This document shows positions 56,831-64,000 of a stretch of 64,000 nucleotides of DNA, piece after piece. The notes beneath the pieces were generated by a model that saw nothing but the letters and a program-made list of their open reading frames with translations, did no database searches and was not told the origin of the DNA. The stretch's first letter is position 1. Each line of letters starts with the position of its first letter. The translations under genes and the position numbers were made by a program. The stretch is from an uncultured virus (IMG/VR IMGVR_UViG_3300014205_009245) (taxonomy: Duplodnaviria; Heunggongvirae; Uroviricota; Caudoviricetes), in the IMG/VR virus record IMGVR_UViG_3300014205_009245. The stretch is one strand, 5' to 3'.

Positions 56831-56949
56831 CCACTCTACGGAACCGTTATGTATTATACTCTCAAATCAAAATAAATGACATATATGTTATCAACTTTGG
56901 CACCATCATAAACCATATATGTTTTGGCGAAAACAGCTCCGTAGAGTGG
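56831..56949 (-). ncRNA. Candidate structured RNA / long intergenic hairpin
   Basis: 18-bp outer stem with two G-U pairs on the minus strand, plus an inner ACATATATG/CATATATGT stem. Confidence 0.45.
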
Positions 56950-56957
56950 TTTCAATA

Positions 56958-57416
56958 TTATGAGACAATTGGCTCCGATACAAAATTCACTGACTCCCTC
57001 AGTAAATTGGGTATGTCCGCTCGGGTCTGCCAGTCTACCCCAAGAGTGCGAGCCATAAATGACTGATCATGCATATCGTAACCTTCAACCTTACCACTCT
57101 CAGGATCATCAACTGATATGCGACTCATAGCAGAGAATGCAATCGCTACTCTATTATTCTCCCCGAGATTATCCCAAGTATCATGGAATACTTTAATAAA
57201 GTATTTCTTTGGGTTCGTGAAAGCCTCTGGCTCCGTCTGTCCCGTCATGTCGTAAAGCTTTGACTTCTTATCGGGCTTCGTCTTATTCGTACATTTATAC
57301 GCAATAATTAGATCAACATTAACGTGATCAAACCGCTCTGGATACTTTTCCTTCAGTTTAGATGCGATTTCAATAAATTCCGGAATCTCTTCCCATTCAG
57401 ACTTGATTTGAGGCAT
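56958..57416 (-). CDS. Putative phage metallopeptidase-like protein lacking HExxH
   Basis: YFIKVFHDTWDNL..NRVAIAFSAMSRI...HD; HExxH position replaced. Confidence 0.5.
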   Translation of the reverse strand: MPQIKSEWEEIPEFIEIASKLKEKYPERFDHVNVDLIIAYKCTNKTKPDKKSKLYDMTGQTEPEAFTNPKKYFIKVFHDTWDNLGENNRVAIAFSAMSRISVDDPESGKVEGYDMHDQSFMARTLGVDWQTRADIPNLLRESVNFVSEPIVS

Positions 57417-57495
57417 TGTCTAATTCCTTTCCAATACTAAGTTTTACTTACCACTCACCGGTATTATACAACTGTCCCGAGGGATTTTCAAGGTT

Positions 57496-57735
57496 CTATG
57501 GGTTTCCATATAAATTATCAATGGTATCATCCACAAACTTGTGCATCTCGGCCCTGATAAGCTCAGTTTCGCCGGCGTAGAAATAAAATTCTATTTTTTG
57601 CACCTGATCCTTGGCTTTGGCCTGTGCTGGCTCGTATTCTATCTCAATTTTAGGATCGTCTACTCCGATAATAGCTGAAATTCCGACTACAAATCCCTTG
57701 TCGGGTGATAGTCTTTTGGGATCAATCTTTTCCAT
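57496..57735 (-). CDS. Hypothetical protein
   Basis: SD GGAG. Confidence 0.6.
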   Translation of the reverse strand: MEKIDPKRLSPDKGFVVGISAIIGVDDPKIEIEYEPAQAKAKDQVQKIEFYFYAGETELIRAEMHKFVDDTIDNLYGNP

Positions 57736-57750
57736 TTTATTTCTCCAGTA

Positions 57751-58425
57751 TTATATTATACATTCACAACGTCCAGAATTTCGAACGACAATCCAGTAAC
57801 AGTGGGATTTTCTCAAATGTTTTATCTTGTTCCACTTGCTAGATGTTAGGTTGCCGGCATTTGGATCGCATTTAATCATCATATCGCATGGAGTCATGTT
57901 TGTCTGCCGAACGGCATTAACAAAATCAACTTGCTGCCATTGATACCGGTGATTGTGAATTATATCTGCAATTTTTGCTAATACAATTCCATTCTTTTTC
58001 AAAACTCGCTCTGCTTCTTTTAGAAACGGAAGAAACATACTAGATACGTTATCGCCCTCTCTCCCAATGCCATTATCCGTAATCCCATAAGATTTCTCCC
58101 ATATTTTAGAACTATTTTCCGAGGCTGCGGCAACGGGTAAATGAGGAGGATCAAAAACAATAATATCGTATTCCGAATCTCCAAATGGCATATTCGTGAA
58201 ATCACCGACCACGTCTACATCAAGAAGCGGGTCGATATCCATGCGGGTAGTCGGATGGTATCTTGAATTTTTCCACATTTTCCCGGAATTATACGTGCAA
58301 TCCAGTATTTTAGGATTACTAGTGGGGCAATGAAGGTTTATTAGTATATCTATTGCTTCAGCATCTCGACCATTAAGTATAGTCTTATGTCGTATTGGAC
58401 CGTTTCCAAATAAGTCTTTATACAT
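57751..58425 (-). CDS. Phage amino-methyltransferase-like protein
   Basis: ILDCTYNSGKMW, DFTNMPF, IVFDPPH, EAERVLKKNG. Confidence 0.75.
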   Translation of the reverse strand: MYKDLFGNGPIRHKTILNGRDAEAIDILINLHCPTSNPKILDCTYNSGKMWKNSRYHPTTRMDIDPLLDVDVVGDFTNMPFGDSEYDIIVFDPPHLPVAAASENSSKIWEKSYGITDNGIGREGDNVSSMFLPFLKEAERVLKKNGIVLAKIADIIHNHRYQWQQVDFVNAVRQTNMTPCDMMIKCDPNAGNLTSSKWNKIKHLRKSHCYWIVVRNSGRCECII

Positions 58426-58433
58426 GATAATGC

Positions 58434-58988
58434 CTATAAATCTTCAAAATCCATATCAAAATTTCTAGACTCGTCTACAACTTCAACAACCTTTCGTCCG
58501 ATACAAAGCTCTTCAGAAATTCTATCGAAATCTTCATCTGGTGCTACCCATCTTGCTCGTACTATATCAGGAGTATCCTTAACCCAATTATTCATTGATA
58601 GTTGTTCTATAGAGGAGACAGAAACAAATGAGTTATCGTTTTCCATATACCACAGATCAATACTGCTCTTACTAAAAAATTCAGCAGAGTGGTCGTATAT
58701 ATTTATGACCGACAAATCATATAAATACAGCTTATTTATCTGAGATATCCTTTTGTTGCCCTTAAAGGCCGTGCCAACGGCTATAGAGTCAATAGTAAGA
58801 AGCTTGTCTGCTTCATCGGCTACCCAATCAAATATGCGAAAACTTCTAACCTCTTCGAACGGTATACGAGATCCATCTGGCTTGCGCAACATTTTCCATG
58901 CAGTAACTCCACCTGATTGCGCATTAATATGTCTGTGCCGTTTGGTGGCGAATTTAATCACATCTTGTAGGGTTGGGCATATTATCAT
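58434..58988 (-). CDS. Hypothetical protein
   Basis: 184-aa ORF. Confidence 0.6.
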   Translation of the reverse strand: MIICPTLQDVIKFATKRHRHINAQSGGVTAWKMLRKPDGSRIPFEEVRSFRIFDWVADEADKLLTIDSIAVGTAFKGNKRISQINKLYLYDLSVINIYDHSAEFFSKSSIDLWYMENDNSFVSVSSIEQLSMNNWVKDTPDIVRARWVAPDEDFDRISEELCIGRKVVEVVDESRNFDMDFEDL

Positions 58989-59151
58989 GGTATATACTAT
59001 CTATCTGCTGTCTAATTATACTCGACAAGTCTTCCTCTGCTGCAAAATGTAGCGCCAATAGAACCGTTTTCCATTGTTCAGGAAGCAGCCAAATACCGCA
59101 GCATCCTTCGACTTTTTTTAAAAACTCTTTGCTTTGTTCTTTGGCTGTCAC
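58954..59151 (-). CDS. Hypothetical protein
   Basis: GTGA overlap with the topA C-terminal ORF. Confidence 0.5.
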   Translation of the reverse strand: MTAKEQSKEFLKKVEGCCGIWLLPEQWKTVLLALHFAAEEDLSSIIRQQIDSIYHDNMPNPTRCD

Positions 59152-59936
59152 TCGTCATCTGCTTTCTTTTTGTATTTCTTATACTTCTTGAATTTCTTAC
59201 CAGATGATTCCTTAAAATTACCCTCTAAATCTGCGGTAGTTTTACAGGACGGAAATTTTTCACATCCGAAAAACGACCCAAATTTCGAGTGTCTTTTAAC
59301 CATCTTTTCTCCGCATTTCTTACAGGGAAATGACGCGTACTCTTTTTCAACTTTTTGTTTAGTAAGTGGTTCTCCACTTTTCCCGACACTAGCAATGTAG
59401 TCACACGGAGATTCTTCCCCTGCATCTATCTGCTTCTGGGTCAGTTTTTTGGAGTTCTGACAAGCAAAAAATGGACCGAATTTGCTAAATTTCTTAAGCA
59501 ATGATCCTCCGCATTTAGGACACTTATATTCAGATACTTCACCTGCAGATTTAATTTGCTTACCATTGGCGATGTCTTTCTGCAACCGTTCCCAAAATTT
59601 ATCGAGGACTTCTATCTTATCTTTGGTACCACTTTGTACATCATCTAGCAGCTCTTCCATTTTAGCCGTGAACTTTATATCAATAAAACACATATCTGCT
59701 TGTCTAAGAAACTCGACAACCTTCATCCCTACCTCGGTAGGGTTGAAAGATTTTTTCTCTTGGGTTATATACTTCCTAGCTTTTAAGGTGTCAATTACAC
59801 CTTTAAAAGTCGCAGGACGAGTTATCTGCTCTTTCTCGCAAATCTTTGCCAAGCTCGCGTCTGAATATCTTGGCGGGGGCTGGGTTTCTTTTCGCTCGGC
59901 AGTTAATCCCGGATGCTTATTTATAATATCACTCAT
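59148..59936 (-). CDS. topA: DNA topoisomerase IA, C-terminal half (end of core plus Zn ribbons)
   Basis: TQPPPRYSDASL...RPATF, FTAKMEELLD, CPKCG...KFGPFFAC, CKKCG...FFGCEKFPSC. Confidence 0.9.
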   Translation of the reverse strand: MSDIINKHPGLTAERKETQPPPRYSDASLAKICEKEQITRPATFKGVIDTLKARKYITQEKKSFNPTEVGMKVVEFLRQADMCFIDIKFTAKMEELLDDVQSGTKDKIEVLDKFWERLQKDIANGKQIKSAGEVSEYKCPKCGGSLLKKFSKFGPFFACQNSKKLTQKQIDAGEESPCDYIASVGKSGEPLTKQKVEKEYASFPCKKCGEKMVKRHSKFGSFFGCEKFPSCKTTADLEGNFKESSGKKFKKYKKYKKKADDE

Positions 59937-61086
59937 GCATTCCTCTTATTGGTTTTGGTCCTGTCGGTTTTGGTATTGATTCTTCTGCAGATTTCAGATT
60001 ATCAAATCCTATACCAGTTTTTCTGTGACTTTCTACACTACATCTACTCTCGAACTCTCCGATTGCTACTGACATATCCCACTTACCGGATGAAAGAAAG
60101 TTAGAAACTAAAACCTGCTTAACAAGATCCATGTCTGCAAAGCTAAATCCCTCAGAACGATTAATAAATTCGGGCACATCAATACCATCCAAAATATTCT
60201 GATTCCAAGTATTGATAAATTTCTTCCTTAATTCAGTGTTAGGATTGTCAAAAGAAAAACACTTATCGACTCGCCCTGGTCTGAGAAAAGCCGGATCTAT
60301 ATTTTTGATAGATTCATTAGTAGAAAATATTCTCAGTGCAACAGAAGATGTTTTTTTGCACCCATCTAGACAAGAAAGCAGGCTGCATGCCATCTCGGAA
60401 TTAGATTTCCTAGAAAAGAAGTCTATATCAACGTCATCTACAAAAATCACCCTGAAATCGAACGGATTTCTATTATCTATTATTGTTTTAATGAGATCTC
60501 TCGATGTATACACCATAACATCAATTCCGCGATTATTAAAGCATCGTATAAGATAATCACAAAACATTGATTTCCCATTCCCGGGTGGACCAGAAAGTAT
60601 TATTCCCCGAGTCGTCTTGACGCCGTATGCCTTATAATCCCGAGCCTTTTTAAAAAATCCAACAGTATTATCGATTAAATCACCCCACAGTGCGTCATTC
60701 AATACAGGCGCAATGGGAGGATTAAGCCGAGCCGAAAGTCTTATTAAAGATCTTTTAGCTTTAAACGCCTTACCCTTTTCTATGAAAATATAATAGATCG
60801 AAACCCCATATGGCCCAAATGATACACATGCCCGAACAAATTTTATGTCAGAGTTATCACGCATTTCACATAATTGCAAAAAGTTATGAAGTTTATTAGG
60901 CATCGATCCATCGGTGCCAATGGTTGTTGTTTTACAATAAGATAGGCCAGAAAAAACACCTTTAAGAAATTGTCCCTCTGAATACATGATTAAATTTGCG
61001 GGATTTGTTCCCAAAATATGAGCAGCCTGACTGGCTACTATCGTAGTTAAATATTCGTCGCCATAAGTGGCAGATTGGGTTATCAT
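59929..61086 (-). CDS. AAA+ ATPase inserted between the topA halves
   Basis: TRGIILSGPPGNGKS, IFVDD, STN, IDPAFLRPGRVD. Confidence 0.9.
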   Translation of the reverse strand: MITQSATYGDEYLTTIVASQAAHILGTNPANLIMYSEGQFLKGVFSGLSYCKTTTIGTDGSMPNKLHNFLQLCEMRDNSDIKFVRACVSFGPYGVSIYYIFIEKGKAFKAKRSLIRLSARLNPPIAPVLNDALWGDLIDNTVGFFKKARDYKAYGVKTTRGIILSGPPGNGKSMFCDYLIRCFNNRGIDVMVYTSRDLIKTIIDNRNPFDFRVIFVDDVDIDFFSRKSNSEMACSLLSCLDGCKKTSSVALRIFSTNESIKNIDPAFLRPGRVDKCFSFDNPNTELRKKFINTWNQNILDGIDVPEFINRSEGFSFADMDLVKQVLVSNFLSSGKWDMSVAIGEFESRCSVESHRKTGIGFDNLKSAEESIPKPTGPKPIRGMHE

Positions 61087-61096
61087 TCGAACTCCT

Positions 61097-62371
61097 TCAG
61101 GTTAACAATTTACACTTTTCGCCTCCGAACAAATTTGGCAAAATAACATCATCTGATTTCCCATAATGCCAAACCTGCCGATGCCCGTCGAATAACATTT
61201 GATTGCCATTTGACACAAATTCATATTCAGAAATATCAGTAATCACTTTCGATTTTTTATCTAGCCCAGGAGTCATTTGGCTAGCTACTGTTCTGCGCCA
61301 AATTATTTCGTATAGTTTCCCGTTATCCTCAGGTGCTGACGGATGAACGTTAGAAATATCCGTTGGTCTACACGCTTCGTGGGCTTCCTGTGCTCCTTTT
61401 TTTGCACTGTAATAGTTGGGTTTATCCGGAATATAATCTGACCCATAGGTGTGAGAAATATAATTTCGTATTGCCTGCATTGGTTCTTCTGCTATTGTGA
61501 CCGAATCGGTACGATGATAGCTGATTAATCCGTTACTATACAGGTTCTGAGCCACATCCATTGTCTTTTTAGTTTGCCATCCCAAAATCGAGGACGCAGC
61601 AGCAATAAGAGGCATGGTGGCGAACGGAGCGTAAGGATTAGATTTCACATCTTTTGATTCAACACTGGCAACAACTGGATTCCCCCCAATAACGGCATCG
61701 TATATTTTTGTAGCCTCTGCTTCATTTGGGACTTTGAATTTATCTGATAGTGAAGCAGTATATTGCTCATTTTTACTCGACAAGAGCCGAGCCGTAAAAA
61801 TCCAGTATTCTTCAGGAATAAAGTGAAGTATTTCATTTTCGCGGTCAACCAAAATCCGTAATACAGCACTTTGCACCCTGCCCGCCGATTTACCGCCCGT
61901 GGCCTGCTGAGTTAAAAAACTAGTTCGATAACCCACTAATCTATCTAGTAATCGGCGAGCCAGATAAGCATTAATTTTACCTTGATCTAGTTCTCCGGCA
62001 TTTTCTATAGCCTTCTTAATACCCGATGCTGTAATTTCGCTAGTTGAAGCTCGTAATACTTTCTTGGCAATATCTTTAATTTGCTCATAAATGTGGAATG
62101 ATATTGCTTCACCTTCACGATCTGGGTCTGTCATTAATAATACTAAATCAGATTTAGCACATTTAGATTTAATAGCATTAATTGTATCCTGATGATCATC
62201 CTTAACTTCAAAAGTGGGTTCAAAGGATTTTTTAATATTTATACCCAAACCCTTTTCGGGAAGGTCCACACAGTGCCCATATGAAGCCAGGACATCATAC
62301 TCTTTACCCGCGTATTTCTTATACCCATTAACCTTATTTGGTGCTTCAATGATAATTACTTTTTTGGACAT
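61097..62371 (-). CDS. topA: DNA topoisomerase IA, N-terminal half (TOPRIM + catalytic Tyr)
   Basis: IIEAP.K, TDPDREGEAI, RRLLDRLVG, SAGRVQS, AQNLY..GLISYHRTDS, AQEAHEACRPT. Confidence 0.93.
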   Translation of the reverse strand: MSKKVIIIEAPNKVNGYKKYAGKEYDVLASYGHCVDLPEKGLGINIKKSFEPTFEVKDDHQDTINAIKSKCAKSDLVLLMTDPDREGEAISFHIYEQIKDIAKKVLRASTSEITASGIKKAIENAGELDQGKINAYLARRLLDRLVGYRTSFLTQQATGGKSAGRVQSAVLRILVDRENEILHFIPEEYWIFTARLLSSKNEQYTASLSDKFKVPNEAEATKIYDAVIGGNPVVASVESKDVKSNPYAPFATMPLIAAASSILGWQTKKTMDVAQNLYSNGLISYHRTDSVTIAEEPMQAIRNYISHTYGSDYIPDKPNYYSAKKGAQEAHEACRPTDISNVHPSAPEDNGKLYEIIWRRTVASQMTPGLDKKSKVITDISEYEFVSNGNQMLFDGHRQVWHYGKSDDVILPNLFGGEKCKLLT

Positions 62372-62423
62372 TGAATCTCCATAAAATTAAGCGTCAAGGG
62401 AACCGTGAGTATTATATAAAGGG

Positions 62424-62455
62424 TTGAGCCTGGCTTTCAAGGCAACCAGGCTCAA
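62424..62455. promoter_or_regulatory. Inverted repeat upstream of topA (terminator/operator candidate)
   Basis: TTGAGCCTGG...CCAGGCTCAA next to a minus-strand TATAAT. Confidence 0.45.
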
Positions 62456-62562
62456 TTTTCTAATAAACCAATAATTTAATAATTTAACTAATTTGACTTT
62501 TAGCCACGCAATAAACAGCGTCCCGTCGTTTAAAATAATATAATATTTCTAAAATTTAAACT

Positions 62563-62769
62563 TTACTTAACTACAACAGGAAGGTCCAAAAGCTTGCGTC
62601 GTCCACCTGGCGGAGTCTGTAGGTGATTTGCGACTACCCGAACTCCATAGAGCCGATTCTGTCTTGCCATCTGGACTGCCTGTGAAACACTCCGTTCCTT
62701 GCCGTCGATCTTATACCCGATCGTGTGTCTCTTGCTGTTTGTGATCCTCTTGGTAATTCTACTCTTCAT
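62563..62769 (-). CDS. Small basic protein (DUF3892-like)
   Basis: Start MKSRIT after AAGGAG; GYKIDG...QAVQMA....GV.VV...L...L.DLP. Confidence 0.5.
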   Translation of the reverse strand: MKSRITKRITNSKRHTIGYKIDGKERSVSQAVQMARQNRLYGVRVVANHLQTPPGGRRKLLDLPVVVK

Positions 62770-62838
62770 TTTTGTTCTCCTTTTCAAAAGCAACCTTCCA
62801 TTATACAACATTTTCCCCGACCTGATGAGGAAAAATTT

Positions 62839-63138
62839 TTAATCTATCAGCCCGGGTGGAATATCAGTGTCATCCTTTAATATCCCGGCTTCATAAGCAG
62901 TTTTTACTGCACAATAAAAATGTATCCACGTCACTGCAAAATCAAATTCTTCGGAAGTAAATTCGTTTAGATCGAAATGCTCCAGCATAACATCAGCAAC
63001 ATCTTCGGCTGATTTTTCATCAGCACCATACCACCTAATATTCTTATCGACTATTTCCTTAGCAACTTCCAGGACTTTCTTGTTAATTTCCTCGACTACC
63101 TTGATCCTAACAAAAATATCATCGCCTACAAGTTTCAC
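62839..63138 (-). CDS. Hypothetical acidic protein
   Basis: GTG start in frame with thyX, two codons after its TAG. Confidence 0.6.
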   Translation of the reverse strand: MKLVGDDIFVRIKVVEEINKKVLEVAKEIVDKNIRWYGADEKSAEDVADVMLEHFDLNEFTSEEFDFAVTWIHFYCAVKTAYEAGILKDDTDIPPGLID

Positions 63139-63141
63139 AAA

Positions 63142-63927
63142 CTAGACCTTGCTATGTTTTGGTTTACACTCAAACAATCCATCGCCAGTGTCAATTTTAA
63201 CAAAATCCTGAAACAGATAAGGCCATTTCTGAGATGCAATATCATATACTTTATTAAATACTTGTCGTATTTCAACTTCTGATGCAACACCTGTTCTCAA
63301 TTGAATAATCCACCGCAATGCCCGCATATTACAGGAAAACACAATACCAGTTGCTAAACCTATGGGTGCGATACGACGAAAAGCAGATGTTAGTTTCTTC
63401 TTTGTCTTAAAAGACTCATCGTCAATACCATATATTTCGGCCAATTTATTTTGTGCTTGTTCGAGATCTTTAATTATTTTTTCGAACAATTCTACTGCTT
63501 CTGGATTATTCTCAATTTCTGGCGGGAGCCAGAATTTTAATTCATTCAACCTTACATATCGTAGGCTTACTTGAGAATATCCAACTCCAACCCTATGCCG
63601 GACCAGCTCGTGAGTCATAACGCGAGAAATATTCTCAAATACCCACACACATTGAGCATGTTCAAGGACTGCTCCGTGCTCACTTTGAATTAAATTCCCT
63701 ATGTATTCTTCACTATTATCCCTGATCTTGGTAACGTTAGGGTTGAGACCAACATCAAAAGACCTATAACACTCTCTGCCTGCTAATTCTATTACTTTTT
63801 CAGCATCAGTACCACTAAGATGTTCTAAAACCTTTTCCCCTCCAATATCTTTAAGCCATCTTTTGACTTCATTCTCATCTATTTGCGGGTAGGAAATTAG
63901 ATATACTTCTGGTTTTACTCTTTGCAT
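63142..63927 (-). CDS. thyX: Flavin-dependent thymidylate synthase
   Basis: H..VLEH, ISRVMTHELVRHR...YSQVSLRY, N.RAL...LR...A..EIR. Confidence 0.95.
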   Translation of the reverse strand: MQRVKPEVYLISYPQIDENEVKRWLKDIGGEKVLEHLSGTDAEKVIELAGRECYRSFDVGLNPNVTKIRDNSEEYIGNLIQSEHGAVLEHAQCVWVFENISRVMTHELVRHRVGVGYSQVSLRYVRLNELKFWLPPEIENNPEAVELFEKIIKDLEQAQNKLAEIYGIDDESFKTKKKLTSAFRRIAPIGLATGIVFSCNMRALRWIIQLRTGVASEVEIRQVFNKVYDIASQKWPYLFQDFVKIDTGDGLFECKPKHSKV

Positions 63928-64000
63928 TATTCGTTCTCCAAAATTTTATCGACAGATTTCATAGCATCCTCAATCTGAGAAATAATAGTTTCTAAATGTT

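Noticed and set aside
59929..61096. Group I/II intron or intein interrupting topA
   Set aside because: The insert is almost entirely ATPase coding sequence with only ~10 nt of spacer; no splice-structure space and no Cys/Ser...His-Asn intein ends
1..64000. Genome-wide TAG reassignment implied by the CUA tRNA
   Set aside because: Long conserved genes are intact under code 11, and TAG falls at natural C-termini (thyX, ankyrin, methyltransferase). Recoding elsewhere in the genome cannot be excluded.
1..64000. Cellular chromosome, suggested by groEL, dnaK, dnaX and topA
   Set aside because: No ribosomal or metabolic operons, non-cellular gene order, many short ORFans, phage-type dNMP kinase and fibre protein. 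A huge phage fits better, although no capsid or large terminase gene is in the window.
1..64000. CRISPR array or rRNA
   Set aside because: No regularly spaced repeat-spacer pattern or rRNA-like stretch seen; the tandem repeats are short and coding

Overview
This window is an AT-rich, densely coding, mostly minus-strand segment that looks like part of a huge (jumbo) phage genome rather than a cellular chromosome. Host-like genes (groES, groEL, hsp20, dnaK, dnaX, holA-like, dnaN-like, a SigH-like sigma factor, ruvC-like, thyX, dNMP kinase, topA, ugd) are scattered among many short ORFans, together with a 1.6 kaa virion-type beta-helix protein. From recall, GroEL, DnaK and a ClpS-like protein look Planctomycetota-like, which suggests the host (inference). 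The main observations are: (1) an unannotated 68-nt amber-suppressor tRNA(CUA) at 23922-23989 with tRNA-Pyl-like geometry, although TAG behaves as an ordinary stop in this window; (2) topA split cleanly into two separately translatable halves by an AAA+ ATPase gene; (3) an ADP-ribosylation/NAD cluster (WGR-PARP, NadD, PncA, macrodomain, HD-like protein, minimal ATP-dependent ligase); (4) a ~1.27 kb GC-rich foreign segment that truncates a probable homing endonuclease whose RBS-sequestering hairpin and internal promoter are still intact; (5) two promoter classes, one resembling the SigH consensus; (6) a candidate histone-fold protein, mimivirus-style ankyrin paralogs, recurrent N-terminal peptide motifs and candidate structured RNAs. 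All protein family calls come from motif recognition by eye; no searches were run.
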